A stretch of DNA of 62,949 nucleotides, taken from the NCBI RefSeq assembly GCF_000181795.1, contig NW_003526941.1, positions 6,115,008 through 6,177,956 on the forward strand, given 5' to 3'. Position 1 is the stretch's first letter. The number at the start of each line of letters is the position of its first letter. A model generated the notes under the pieces. The model did not search any database. It was given only the letters and a program-made list of their open reading frames with translations, and was not told the DNA's origin. This DNA is from Trichinella spiralis (Eukaryota). This document shows, in pieces, positions 14,398-27,646 of this stretch. Position numbers and translations under genes: made by a program.

Positions 14398-17300
14398 TCA
14401 GCAGCTAGCTAGCTTGAAGTTGAAATTTTCATGTCCAGATGCAGCACTAGCAACAGCAACAACAACAGCAATAGCAGCAGCAGCAGTAGCGGCGGCGTTG
14501 TTTTGGCAAAGCGAAACTTTTCCGGTCCAATGATGTAGAGGTGTACAAAAACGAGTTTATGCTTTTTCTTCTCGAAGCAACCGGATATCCGGCTGAAATT
14601 GGCTTTTTGCTTCAACACCTAGAACCTAGTCGTACTGAGTGGACGGACAGACGGACCTTCATCATTCAAGCTGTTGAATTGAGAATCAATTTCAAAATGA
14701 CAAAACGGAAACGTGCATGAAATTTATAACAGAACATATCTTCCTTCGACTGCTTTCTCACCAGTGCGGTTTATTTTTAATTAAATACGCCGATTATTAA
14801 TCATGCTTTGTGATTTGACATCTAACGTCCGGTCTGGCATCGTGTGCTCCTACTCTCTTTCTCTTTCTCATACATCAGTGTGGCAAAACTGGGCAATCGT
14901 CTATAAAAACCAACACGTCAGCTGAGCTTGACAAAACCAACATGCCCAGTCGGATAACAAGTCTACTGATCTGTCTGTCCACTTGACAATAAACAAATAT
15001 ATATCATCATCCATCATCCTTCTTCACTCACCGTTTATTTCTACATTTCAGCCATTCTTCACACACACACAACACACATATCTGTCCATCTATCTGTCTG
15101 TCTGTTTATACTTCAAACTTTTAGCTTTGAAAAAATTACGTTTGATATAAAATATTTGTTTGATTGTTTATTATTTAAAAATTGCTTGCAAAATTGTTTG
15201 CTCGCCATTTCTTTTTGAAAGCAGCAACAGTCAGCTATGAGTCATGTGAAAAAACAAAGCACACACTCTTGATGACTCACAACTTGGAAAAAAGCTTTGG
15301 TGTTGTTGTTTTGGTGAAAGCTTCTGCATTTGACATGTTAATTTGCACATCACTCATTTGCAAAAATATTTTCTCTCATTAATATATATAATCCGTCGTT
15401 CAATTTGTACTAGATGAAGCAGCAAATTGCTGGAGGAAGAATTTTTCAATTAGGTATGTATGGCTTGTCAAAAATCAACCCCACTAATGCTGATTTGCTA
15501 ATTTCCATTCAATTATTAGCATTCTCTCATGGCACGATACCGATAAAATGCAAATTAAAAATTGTTCAATGCAAATTTTAACCGATGCTCACACAAATGG
15601 TGAAATGAAATGTTTGAAATGCTCACACAGTAGAATTACAAATTTGTTGCCGGTTACTTGCTTATACAATGGATAGTTTGTGAAGGAAAAAAATTAATCG
15701 GTTCTCTTGTAAACATACGGTGAGTGAATTCTTCTTCTCAAGTGTCAGGTATATAATGATTTCTTAAAATTACAAGGGACATTTTTATTTGCATTGGCAT
15801 CAGGTATGAATTATCCTTGCATTAATTTAACCTTTGTGTAAATATGATTACGAACTGCAAACGATGAACACCAAGATCGCAAGCATGTTCAGAAAGTTAT
15901 TAGGCGTTGCTCGCCGCTGTACAACATCAGTTTTTCAAAATATTATTTCCGCTTTTGCTTTTCTATTTAAGCAAAATACAATCAAGTGGACATAATGTCA
16001 AGCATAATAATCGCTGCTTGCCATCGGTGTTTATCTTGCTTCAAAGTATTAGTATTCATTGCATCTTCGTCACATTATGATACAGCTTAAGCAGTATTAA
16101 CTCCGTTTGCTTATTTTTCCATTGTCTAAAGTTGCACTGGTTTCACATTTGTTACACAGAAAGATTTGAAATGTAAATTTTCTTTCTTTTACAGAATTAG
16201 ATTTTACTAAAACTGCGCAATTCTGAAACAACCATTTCTCGCATTGTATGCATGCAAATTTACGCACATTAACGTTTGTTGCTCGATGCAAAGGTGGATG
16301 GAGTGTAAAATGGTGACATGGATTTGGTGTAAAAATGTAAAATTGATAAATAATAAGCCTTTGAAAATAATAAATAAAAAGTGAGCAAATTTTCTTGATC
16401 GGATTCGATTTTCGTTCGAAAACAATGGAAGAAGAAAAGGAAGCAGCAACGCACGTGAGATTCAAATGATACAATGTGAGAGAATTGGAAAATCTTTCCA
16501 GCTTGGAGCGAGCATATTTGTATCATTTTATTTATTAGTAGGTTAATGTTGAACTGACAGCCTGTATTAAATTTTTGCTCGTTTTAATTTGTAAAAATTG
16601 AATATATCGTTCAAAATGAAAAATGTACAAAATCAGCTTTTCCTTCAAATGTACAATTGACGGTGACGTAGTCGCAATGTCTAGACTCCAATCAGTGCAC
16701 AGGCACAGCCTGGGGCTGCGGCAATTCATAAACAGCCCAGACTGAAAAACATACAGAGGTCAGTTGAACTGGCTTCGCAGGTTTTGGTCAGCTAAATTTA
16801 GACACCTCTAAAACTTTCCCAGATCTACAGGAAGATAGAGCTTGACATTTCCATTAATCAGTGACCGTCTTGCTCATTTTACTCCAAATGCAAAGTGATA
16901 TTCCAAACGAAAAGAAGATTTAAAAGGAAAACGCAGAAAAATGCAAAATGGAATTTAAAAAAAAAATCTTTTGCCTCCCAAGTTGTTGGTGCATCTCAGC
17001 TAACCGCTTTTGTGTATGTGTATCTTTTTCTCTTGAAGAAAGCAGCAGCTGCTCCATGTCAACTGGACATCATGCATACACACGAAGGTGAAAGCAACAA
17101 CTTATGATAATCGTATAGCCTCAGAACACGACAACTGCTGGTTGCATCTTCAAGGGTCTTTTCAATTCTTGTGAAGCACGAACAACTGGGCTTGCGTGGC
17201 TCAAATTGTCTTACTCCAATCCTCACCAAATCACTAATTTTCCACTGCTAACGTGATCAAACAGATAGATGGATGATTTGCAAGACAACAAACAACAAGT

Positions 17301-19863
17301 CCCACTCTAAGCTGGCGTCGCGTTCAATTAAGAGCAGGGATTTTTTATTTACACCATTTATAAATAAAAATATTCTTCACCTTATTGAAAAGTCGAAAAG
17401 ATTATCAACTGATCACTGTTGAAGTGTCTGTCCATCTTATCTGTTTGTATAGAGCAAAACATTATCGACATAATATTGCTATGCTAACTGAATAAATTAA
17501 GAAATTTGCATGCTATTGTTAATAATGTCAAATTTTAATCGAAACATCAATGCTAGTATCAGTGGAAAAGTAGCGAGCGCATCACGCATCGTTGTATTTT
17601 GTCCATTGGTATTCAAACAAAAATACGCATTGTTTTTATTTCAATTTATAACAGCAGTTATATTTAAATTTCGAGTGAAAAATCTACAGTACTTTGATGG
17701 TAAATTCTTGCATCGTTTGTTCATTGGTTTATTGTTTGTTTAAGCAATGTTTAATTTGAGCTTCTCATCAACAGTTTCAGAAATTCGAATTATGTATTTA
17801 AAAAATCATTTTAAACATCAGAGTATAAGAAGAATTGAATTTTGGTCATTATTGTATTTTTGATTAATGACAAAAGCAAGCTTTGTGCTTTTAGCCAAAA
17901 CTTAAGAACAAAGGAGAGCTTAGAGAATAGGAGTTGCGCTTTTGAACTTCATTTTACTTAATAATAAGTCGTTTCATTCGTTTGCCATAGTAGGCTTTGT
18001 TACAAAAGATAAAATGCTTCTAAAATTACAAATCGTTCAACTCTAATTCTAAATTACATAATAGTCTATTATGTGATCAATAATAAAGTTTTTCTTCACA
18101 ATACATAAAACAATACTACTGCTGATGTTAGCAAAAACATTATTAAATAATAATAGGGGTAGATTTAATAAAAAATAAATAATGTTTCAACAAAAGTAAA
18201 ACATTATATACATATATTGTTTATTTTTCACTACGTGGCTGATGTTGATCGTGGAGGTAGCGTTGTAAAATGTTGTTAGCTTAAATTATATTCATCGTGC
18301 AGATCGACTTTTCCTGATCGGCTTATTAATTTATGCAACACAGTTGCATCGTCAATGCCAAACACTTTCAAGCTGACCCGTTTGGGCAAGCGGATAATAG
18401 CTTCTCGGAAGAATTGAAAATTAGCCGCTTTGAAAGGTGCGACAGTGAAGTTGTAGGTAGAAATTATTTAACGCGCCCTAATAGCGTTTGCATGGACAAA
18501 CCACTCCTGGGCCAGTGTTGGATCAATACAGAGTTTGGCGGACAAAGTGCAGAAGCTGATCAAATTCATGTCCGCCTCAATCCATTGTGCCTCACTGGAC
18601 ACCTGCTTGTTGGAAGGCAAAAACAAATTGGCCGACGTGACCACCGTTGTTCGGGTCGCTGCCCAAAAGCTTGATATACATTTGAATTATTAAGTCAGAG
18701 GGAGAAAGCAGAGACTGACTGACTGTAATCTGCCAAATCGTAGATTCACCATGCGTCATGTCATTAAAGTCAACAAGCTTCGTTAACTAGCCCCAGTTAC
18801 ACGTACGTTATGCTAAATGCATAGCTAATCTGGTGAAGAATTAAATCAAAATGAAATATTTTAAAATGCAAAGTTCTGGCAACCACGCCTTCCACTATAA
18901 TGCAACTTGAAATTTAATAAAAGCCGAGCACTTTAAATGGGAAATATCAACTTTTAATTCTTTTAATTGACGTGATATTTTTACAAATTGGATTTAGAAG
19001 ATTTGATGAGTCACATTAAATTGAAAAACAAATATAAAATTCAACGGATTCTTTTTAGCATATTTTATCGTGAATTTTAAACTCATCTTCTCTCCTTGAA
19101 TTCGGGCTAAATTTCAGGTTTTTGTCTGCTAATCTGATAAGATTTAATTAAATACAGCAATTCTATTTAATATTATTTAATTTAATTTAATTCGCTTCAA
19201 CTTTTTTATACTCAATATTAAAAAAAGATTTAGCTATTTCATTCCAAAATGATTTCTTTAATCCTTTCCTATTTCACATTTATATTTTTCAGGCGTTATT
19301 AATGGACTTCAAACTGCTTTTTATAATTTTTATTTTTTTTCACTGATGAATTTCAAAATGACCACCTGTTGTGTGGCAAATCGTGGTGTTTAAAAAAATT
19401 TTAAATCTATTTTTCAATAATAATTTTTCATTTCATTCACACATTATAATTTTCATAATAATTTTTGTATTATAATTACCTGAAATTTATTTTATACATT
19501 TCTTCATTAAAATAAATTTGAAACATATTTTAAATGCTTTCTAGAAAATGCAACATTAATACCTGACTTATCCTATACTACAGTAAACTTATCAGAAAAT
19601 TGCTAATACGATTTTTTATTTTGTTTTTTAAATTACTGATCTAGTTTAGCTACATTTTTATTTATTACCTACAAAAATATTTTTTATATAAATAGTAGAT
19701 TAGTGTATTTGTCATTTAGAACGTTCATAAATTATCTTTTTAGAACAAATTGTATTTTGCCTATTTTATCTGTATGTAGTGTTCTTTTTAAGCAGTATAT
19801 TTTATCAAGATTGACAGCTTATGTTCATTTCTTTTTCTTTTTTCAGTTTGTAGAAAAGCAGCC

Positions 19864-20536
19864 ATGGCGATGGGAAGAAAAGCAAATGTATGTATTGTCT
19901 AAAGTTTTACTGTCTGTTAATTTTGCATTTTGAAAGTAATTTTGTATATTTTAAAAAATTACTTTAGTTTCCTTTAGTAATAAATAAGTAAATATTTATA
20001 CGTTTAATATAAATATAAATTAATGCGATGTAATAAATTAAAAGCTACAATGATTTTTAGGTGCGGCTTCCGCCGGAAGTGAACCGCATATTGTACGTTA
20101 AAAATTTACCCTACAAAATTACCGGAGAAGAAATGTATGATATCTTTGGAAAATACGGAGCAATTCGACAGATAAGAGTGTATTTTGCTTATTAACAGAT
20201 TGTTTAAATCGTTCCACGAGATTGCATTCTTCTTTTTAGTGGAAATACACCAGAAACCCGTGGCACAGCGTTTGTTGTTTACGAAGATATTTTTGATGCA
20301 AAAAATGCATGCGATCACTTGTCCGGATTCAATGTTTGTAATCGATATTTAGTAGTACTGTATTATCAAGCGAACAAAGTAAGTGATGACAATTTACCGT
20401 GAAAACATTTTAATAATAAGTATTGCTACTTTTTAAGGCATATTTACGAATGGATACTGAAAAATCTAAAAAAGAACTGGAACGTGTAAAAGCAAAATAT
20501 GGCCTTGGTGGTGAATTAAAAAAAGATGAAACTTGA
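19864..20536 (+). CDS. SF3B6: Splicing factor 3B subunit 6 (p14/SF3B14), RRM protein, 126 aa
   Basis: Exons 19864-19887, 20061-20179, 20240-20378 and 20438-20536 (381 nt, GT-AG introns). They translate to [100 protein letters not shown]..., the characteristic p14 sequence. AATAAA at ~20644. Confidence 0.97.
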
Positions 20537-21402
20537 TAATTGTGGCTTTATTTTTTTCATACATTTTTTTACAATTGTTATGCAAAATATATACTTTGTA
20601 ATAATATTTGCATTGTTTTTCAGTTTGAGAAATGGTACATTGTAATAAAGCTTTGCTCACGTTTCAGTTAGTTGTTTTTCAATGATAATATTATTCGAAT
20701 AGTCCAGTTCCGCAGTGCATGCAGGTCGGCAGTTTTATAATGATAATTTGCATAATGTGCCACTGAAAATGTCTGAAACTCTAGCAACTGTTTAATCTGC
20801 TAAGGATAACTGAATTTCGACCATTCAAAAGCAGTATGCAAAGTAATTTCGAATGTTTGTTGCGATACGTTGCTGCTATAGTAAAGTTATCGTCGGCTTT
20901 GATTCATTCAGTACAGCTGTATATATCAGTTTGTAATTACATTTTTGTTCAAATTATGTTTAAATGCTTGCAACTTGTTTGCTACTGGCGTATTGTTTGT
21001 GGGACATGTATAATTATACTAAATGTGATTTATGCAAATTTATTAGGAATAAGGTCAAATCGAATGAAGGTAAAGTTGCGAATTAAAGTGCGTACATTAA
21101 AAAATGTTTCACTAATCTTATTTTCAAAAACTTAATTTTAAACATCTGTTTTTTGTATTAGGAATTATATAGTTGAAATAATATTTTTGATAAAATTTTG
21201 GAAAGTATCAAAATAAGGTGCTATCGACCTGAATAAGAATGTCGTTGTTAGCTGTTTGCATAAACGTGATCATTTCCATTGCAATCTTAAATATCTCTCG
21301 GCTAATTTAATTACTCCACACTAAACAGCGTCACTGTGGCAATTGATACTCATTTAGCTATATGAAAAGCAGCACTTTTCATTGCTTTTAAACTAATCGA
21401 TC

Positions 21403-24400
21403 ATGGAACTGCGGCAAGACTGGTCATTTGGCATTATACACATAGCAGTACTTTTCGTTGTCACCGTTAATTCCGGTAATTTTTCCCTCTTCCCGTTTCT
21501 TCTAATTTTAAATTTGAATTTGATTTGTTAATTTAAAAATTTTTTAAAGTTGAAACAGAGTTTCTTCGAAAAGTAAATTTTATAGAAAAGTGAATTTTAT
21601 TTCAACTTTATCTTATTATTTTATTTTTGATTTGTTTTATTATTAAACAAAATGAACAGAAAATGTTATTTATTTAAATTGGACACTGTCTTTTTTTTCA
21701 AAAATTTAGGTCATACTTTACTTTTTTTTTATTTTGATTGTTAAGTTGAATTTTCATATGGTAGTTTTTGTAACAGTAATCAGTTTTACAAATATTCGGC
21801 GTCTTATCGAGTTGGTTTTGTAGAATTCAACTGCAGTTCCCTTTCTTCTGGTAATTTTGCCGACTTGAACGAAGTTTGCTGTGCATATTATTACACTTGT
21901 AATAATGGAGAAGCGAAAAGAACATTATGCCCTGATGGACTTTATTACGACAAGAAGAGCAAGACTTGTAAAGATAAAGAAGAAATTGCCGAATGCAATT
22001 TATGTTATTTGAATAAAAATGAAAATGTCCCATTGTCGGCTTGCAGCAGTGAGTACATATTTTGCCACAGTACAATTCCAATTCGACAATGGTGTTTTGC
22101 CAACGAAGTATTCGATATCCGTACACGACAGTGCACCAGTCGTGATAGAGCTTCAGGTTGTTTGTCAAATGAATTTCAATTTAAAAATGTCCACGGACTG
22201 GACAATCTTTGTTCTGAATATGATCGTCAATTTAAGCAGGTGAAGGAGATTCAATCTTGTCTGCCTTTCTTTATTGAATGTTCTCATGATAACGTCCGAA
22301 TTATGCAATGCAGAGAATCTGGAACTGTTTTTGACGACTTTTATAAAACTTGTATTCCAAAAGATTTGTCATTCACTTGCTTTGGATTAGATGCAGAAGT
22401 GAATCTTCTGAATAGCAAAGAGGAAAAATCTGGTTGTTCTGAAAAAATGTTTAAAAGGAAAAGGCGAATGATTTTGAAATCGGATTATGCAGTGCATCCG
22501 TTGTACGGCTCCATTTTAAAGAAAACAAATAATTCGCAAACGATTTCCATCCATCCAAACGGAGCATTGGAAGATTTTGACTTAACCAAGGCAGTTGTTA
22601 ATGATAACGAAAGAGATCGTTTGAAAAAAGGCATTTTATTTGGAAATGAAAATTCCCGTCCATATTTTGATACTGATAATCTACATTTTCCTTCGTTTCA
22701 ATCATTTAACGACAAAGCGGGCGATAGTAAGTACTTTGTGAAAAAATGTTTTTCGGTTAATGATTTTTTATTCATTTTTCATTTTAGCGTTGTCCAATAC
22801 TGACAACAATGTACGGAAATTGGGCTATCTGAAAAATTTACAACAAAAAAATGGTTATCGTTTTGTGCCGTCAAATTTTGATGATGATATATTTTCTGCT
22901 GATTTGCACGCAAAAATGGCTAACGCAGATTTAGCTGATGCACAGTTTCCATCACGCTCTCAACTTGGTAAGTAAATAGCTTCAGCTAAATACGGTTGTT
23001 TGTTTTGTTTGATATCACCAAGTGTAGTTTAGTTTATAAGGTGTAGTCTGTTAAATGCTTTAAGTTATTACTCTTCATTTTGTATTTTTGTTACCGTTAT
23101 TCTGATTTGCAAGTACATTGCTATACAATGTATTGCAGCAGATTGCGAGTATTGTATTGTAGATTTTATTTTCAATAATTTCTCTTCTTCATCAATTGAA
23201 AGATGCATTAGAAATTAAATGAAAATTTTCATTTAGCTTGAAATATTTTTAATTTCAGGTAATGACTGGGATAACAAAGACATTTTAGTAGCACCAAAGA
23301 CAGATGTGAATGAAATTTGTGAAATGATTCGCAAAAGTTGCGAAAGTGAACAACCGGATTCATCCGGATATGGTAATTCTTTGACGGATGAAACAAATGA
23401 CAAAAGAAGAGAAAAATGCAATGTTGAAGTGACTAAATGCCTGCAGAGTTTGAAATCAGACAATTCGACACTCTTTCAGCAGTATCATTTTCCATTTAGA
23501 AAGCTGTTGAACAAGCTTTGCAAAAATGGAGACGTGAAATTTGCTGTAGCGCCCTGCAGCCGTTTTTACGTTCACTGCATTGAAGGTGCATATGGGCTTA
23601 AATCTTGTTTGGAAAATACGTCTTACAACGCACAAGCTGGTCAATGCATGCCATGTACAGTTTCTACTGGTTCTGCTACTGTTGTTACAATGCCTGAAAT
23701 GATTAAATGCGCGGGAAATTTTGAAATATTGAAAGATGGTCTTTACGAAGAACGCGCCTGCGATCACAAAACTGAACACAGTTCTAGAAAAGTATTCGGC
23801 CAAAGTTGCGTATGCCAGTCCGGCTATTTGCGATTGACATCTGAATCTGGAAGTTTATGCGTATCTGAAAATTATTGCCGAATGCACAAAGTGGCAATGA
23901 CTGAAAATAGATTTTGCTCAGGCCGTAAAGCTGATTTTTCTTCTCTTGTTGATTGCAACGAAGTCTATTATCGATGTCAGAGAAATAGAACAAACTTTTT
24001 TTTTTGCAATCAAGGGCAAGTCTTTGACTTAGCTAAAGGCAGATGCGTAATGCGACAGTTGTGTTCACGCAAAATGAAGCCAATTTTGACGCATTTGAAC
24101 GATTTGTGCATCGGAAGGAAAGATGGTGCTTATTCACTGATCACAAATCTCAGCTATCCGACATTCTACATTTGTACTTATGAAATGATTGTGTTTTCTT
24201 CCTGTGAAAGAGGCAGCTTATTTGATTGGTCGAGGAAAATTTGTTTGCCCATGAAAACCCAAGATTGCACAGGTATGTTCAATTTATTGCTAATTTATGA
24301 AGAAATTAATGTTTTCTTCAATTAACCAGATGGTATTCAACCGAAAGGACATTTCGAAGCTGGTTACAGTATATGCTGGGGTGGAATGATATATGAAACT

Positions 24401-26746
24401 GCTTGCTCTGATGGAATGGTTTTGAAAGAGGTTATTGATCATGGAAAAATTGGCTATGTATGCGTAGAAAAAAAAGATTTTTTGAATCAAGGTGAGAATT
24501 TTGTATTTCATGTTTTTGCATAAATAAGCTTAAAAATTAATATTATTATAAAGTTTTAAGCGTTCATTGCTGCTATTCTATGCAGAATATGAATGGTCTA
24601 TAATTTTATAATCCGTAGATATACATTAGCATATTTTTTAGTAGTTATTTGCAAAATTAGTTTCGTATAAAAATAATAAGACTGAGCACACTTGGAATTG
24701 TAACTTTTTCGTTTGTTACATCAATCCAAGAAATATTATATTTATTCGAAAACATATAGTAAAGTTTGCTCACCTATTTTAGGCTATCCTAGAAGCTGCT
24801 ATGGAAAAAGTGACGGATTTTATTTAAATCTAACCAGTGAAACATATTTTTTTTGTGCGAATCATTTTGCGACTTATTTGAATGGGGAAAATAATTTTTC
24901 CTTTGATTGCACCGAATCAAAATCTTCCGCTGATAACGAAAGCATCAGCTGTGAAATATCGTACAAATTGACCAATTTGACATCCTTTATAAAACGTCTC
25001 AAGGCAGAACAGAGCCAGTCGTTCGAAGTGGCGCCCTGTGAAGCAAATTACCTTACGAAAAAGAATTCCGCTATGATATTGGAAAAATGTGCTGCTGGTG
25101 AAGTTTTTGTAAGCTTATTTCAGCGATGCATGAAAATGAGCACAGATGGCAGGTGTACGAGACGTATACTTTGCAATGGCAAAGTGGATGCGATTTATCC
25201 AATATTGCCATGCCACGCCAAATATTATGTATGTTTTGGTGGTTATCGTTATGAAGAAATCTGTCCGCCGGGAAAAGTGTTCAGTATGCACCATCAGTCG
25301 TGCGTTGCTTTTCTCAACGACCCGAGTTGTCATTGGAATTCTAGCTCACTGTTGCTACCAGCTAAGCATTGCAGTGAATTTGGAAATTGCCAGCCAGTCT
25401 ATCAGAATTGCATTATTGAAGGTCAGATAATGAATATTACTTGCGGTGGTGGAAATGTATACGATATCAGCTTAAAACAATGCGTGCGAAAGACGCATTG
25501 CTCCATGGAAAGCTACACTACTACTACGGCCTCATCCTTGTTATCTGCTGATACTTCTCATGCAAGTATAAGCCCGCTGGTGGTGGGTAGTACTGTGGAT
25601 TTTGAAACGTCTCCTGTTGTTGATTCCACGGAATCGGATGATGTTGCAAAAAGTTGTAAGTTTGAAAATTTGACAAATTGCTCGCATTAGCTGTTGTGTC
25701 GTGTTCAGTTGTGATAACGGATGCTTGCAAGAACAAACTGAATGGCAGTTATCCTATCAAAGGCAATTGCAAGCAGTTTCTGTCCTGTAGCAATGAAATT
25801 TCGTACGTGATGGAATGTCCAGCAAACACTGTTTATAACGCCAAAATCGCTAATTGTGGTCATCCGGAAGATGTACCAGACTGCCAAAGCTACATCGTAA
25901 ATGGTAAGTTTCACTTTTGAATTTGATGATGAAATAATTTGGAAATTGTTTAATTAGACCGTAAAATTGAGACACTTTATTTGTCCCATTAGCGTAATAA
26001 CAGACAGAGAGGTAGCATGCCGCGACGCAGCAAGCTTAAGTTTAACAAGTGTGCAAAATAAGTGCAGCGTGTTTGTCGGTTGGTTTATTTGCAGTTTTTG
26101 TTTTCAATGGTTAATTATCATACTTATGAACGTGAACAACAAAAAGCAGTGTTTTCTTTTTTTTGTATGTTTGTGTTTATTGGTTTATGGAAAATTATTC
26201 TTCCGGAAGTGTAGTAAACGGCAGTAGCTTTTTTTACTAGTCATCTTTGAAAACTAGTCAATGCAAAATGTGATTATTATGCAAAGTATGAAATGAATTG
26301 CTTTATTTTATCCAGAAAAATTAACACGCGATGTTAGTCGAGCAGCATCTTGGATGAAAACATTTTGCGCCGACAAGGCGGATGGTTATTACAGGCATTT
26401 TAACCGATGCGATCAATTCATCCAATGCTTGAAACGTCGGAAAATAATACTATCCTGTACAAAAGGGCTTGTTTTCAATCCGACGATGAAAGTCTGTGAT
26501 TTGCCAAGAAGAGTGCCTGAGTGCAATATTATTCTCAATAATTTGGTTGAAAAAGAATCTACACCAGATGATTATTGTAAAGGAATCGAGCATGGAGCTT
26601 TTACAAAAGATCCAAACAATTGCGGTCGTTTCTACCGATGTGTGCATGGTAAAGCACATCGCTTCGACTGTCCACCGAATCTTGTCTTCAATCCCAAATT
26701 GAACACTTGTGATTGGCTATCAAATGTTTCAGGCTGCGCTGTCTAA
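21403..26746 (+). CDS. Secreted multi-domain chitin-binding (CBM14/peritrophin-A, ChtBD2) protein, ~1276 aa
   Basis: Exons 21403-21475, 21824-22726, 22788-22967, 23259-24272, 24330-24491, 24783-25655, 25709-25903 and 26316-26746 join in frame (3831 nt). The N-terminus is hydrophobic (MELRQDWSFGIIHIAVLFVVTVNS). Repeated C-x-(Y/F)-x-C...C-P-x-G-x-x-F...C modules occur, e.g. CGRFYRCVHGKAHRFDCPPNLVFNPKLNTCDW. The exon-7 acceptor is slightly uncertain (25691 vs 25709). Confidence 0.88.
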
Positions 26747-27037
26747 CATTCTTGCAATCGTTATTTTAAAAGCAGCACTGGGTCAACCCTTTCATTTTTG
26801 AGCATTTCTACTCCTTAGTCGTTATTTAGCTTATTTATTTATTGTTCGTCAAGCTTTATTAACTTTTTCCGGTTGTTTTCATTCTTTTCAACTAGTAATA
26901 AACTAAATTCTCAGTGATTATATTACATTTCAAAAATGATGATGGTTATGCGGAAACGTTTTTGTCTGATGTCTGGCTAATTCATTTTCATCAGGTTCTT
27001 CGTTGAAATTTCTTGAAGTGAAAGAAATAAAATCATA

Positions 27038-27062
27038 ATATATATATATATATATATATATA
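27038..27062. repeat. (TA)n microsatellite
   Basis: About 12 TA units between two convergent genes. Confidence 0.9.
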
Positions 27063-27646
27063 GCAGTCAACATTTGAAACAAGTATGCATATTGGAAGCT
27101 TGTTCTATGGTTTAGGGAAATAGCATGTCAACGCCCACAAAAAATATTACCCCTCTCCTATTTTAATTGAACGATATCATTCATCTTTCGGCTGTATTCT
27201 GTTTGGCATTGGGATTGTTGAGGGTATTAGCGACAAATTGCTAATTGAACATTTCCTTTATTTGTTCTGATTGTTTGCAATTTCTTCTCATTATTGCAGT
27301 TAACATTTATTACTATTGCTTTTAACATTTCAGTTAATTAGTAAATCGTTCACTGTGCTTGAATGATTATCAGATAAAGCAAGCAGTTTTATAGCACAAT
27401 CAATACAATGTAAGCACGGGAAAACGCATTGGTTTTTTGTCGTTGATTATTATTATTATTATATTCATTCCTGTTACTGCACAGTGTAATAAATCAAAGT
27501 TTTGATAAACACGGCAACTGTTCGCAAGTCATTTCTAGCAAGCAGGCAAGCTAGAGAACTTACCAAGCACAGCATAATATATCACTGTAAATTCTAAAAG
27601 AAGCGGTGTATTTTTTTAAAAAAAAGGACACATATGCATGCAGCTT

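Noticed and set aside
16381..16400. GTGAGCAAA resembling the miR-87 5' end
   Set aside because: The 3' part diverges and no complementary hairpin arm is visible.
20180..20239. SF3B6 intron starting GTATT as a possible U12 intron
   Set aside because: It lacks the GTATCCTT donor and a TCCTTAAC branch site; treated as an ordinary U2 intron.
20537..21402. SF3B6 and the chitin-binding gene as an operon
   Set aside because: About 760 bp separate the AATAAA from the next ATG, with no clear acceptor near that ATG; co-orientation alone is insufficient.
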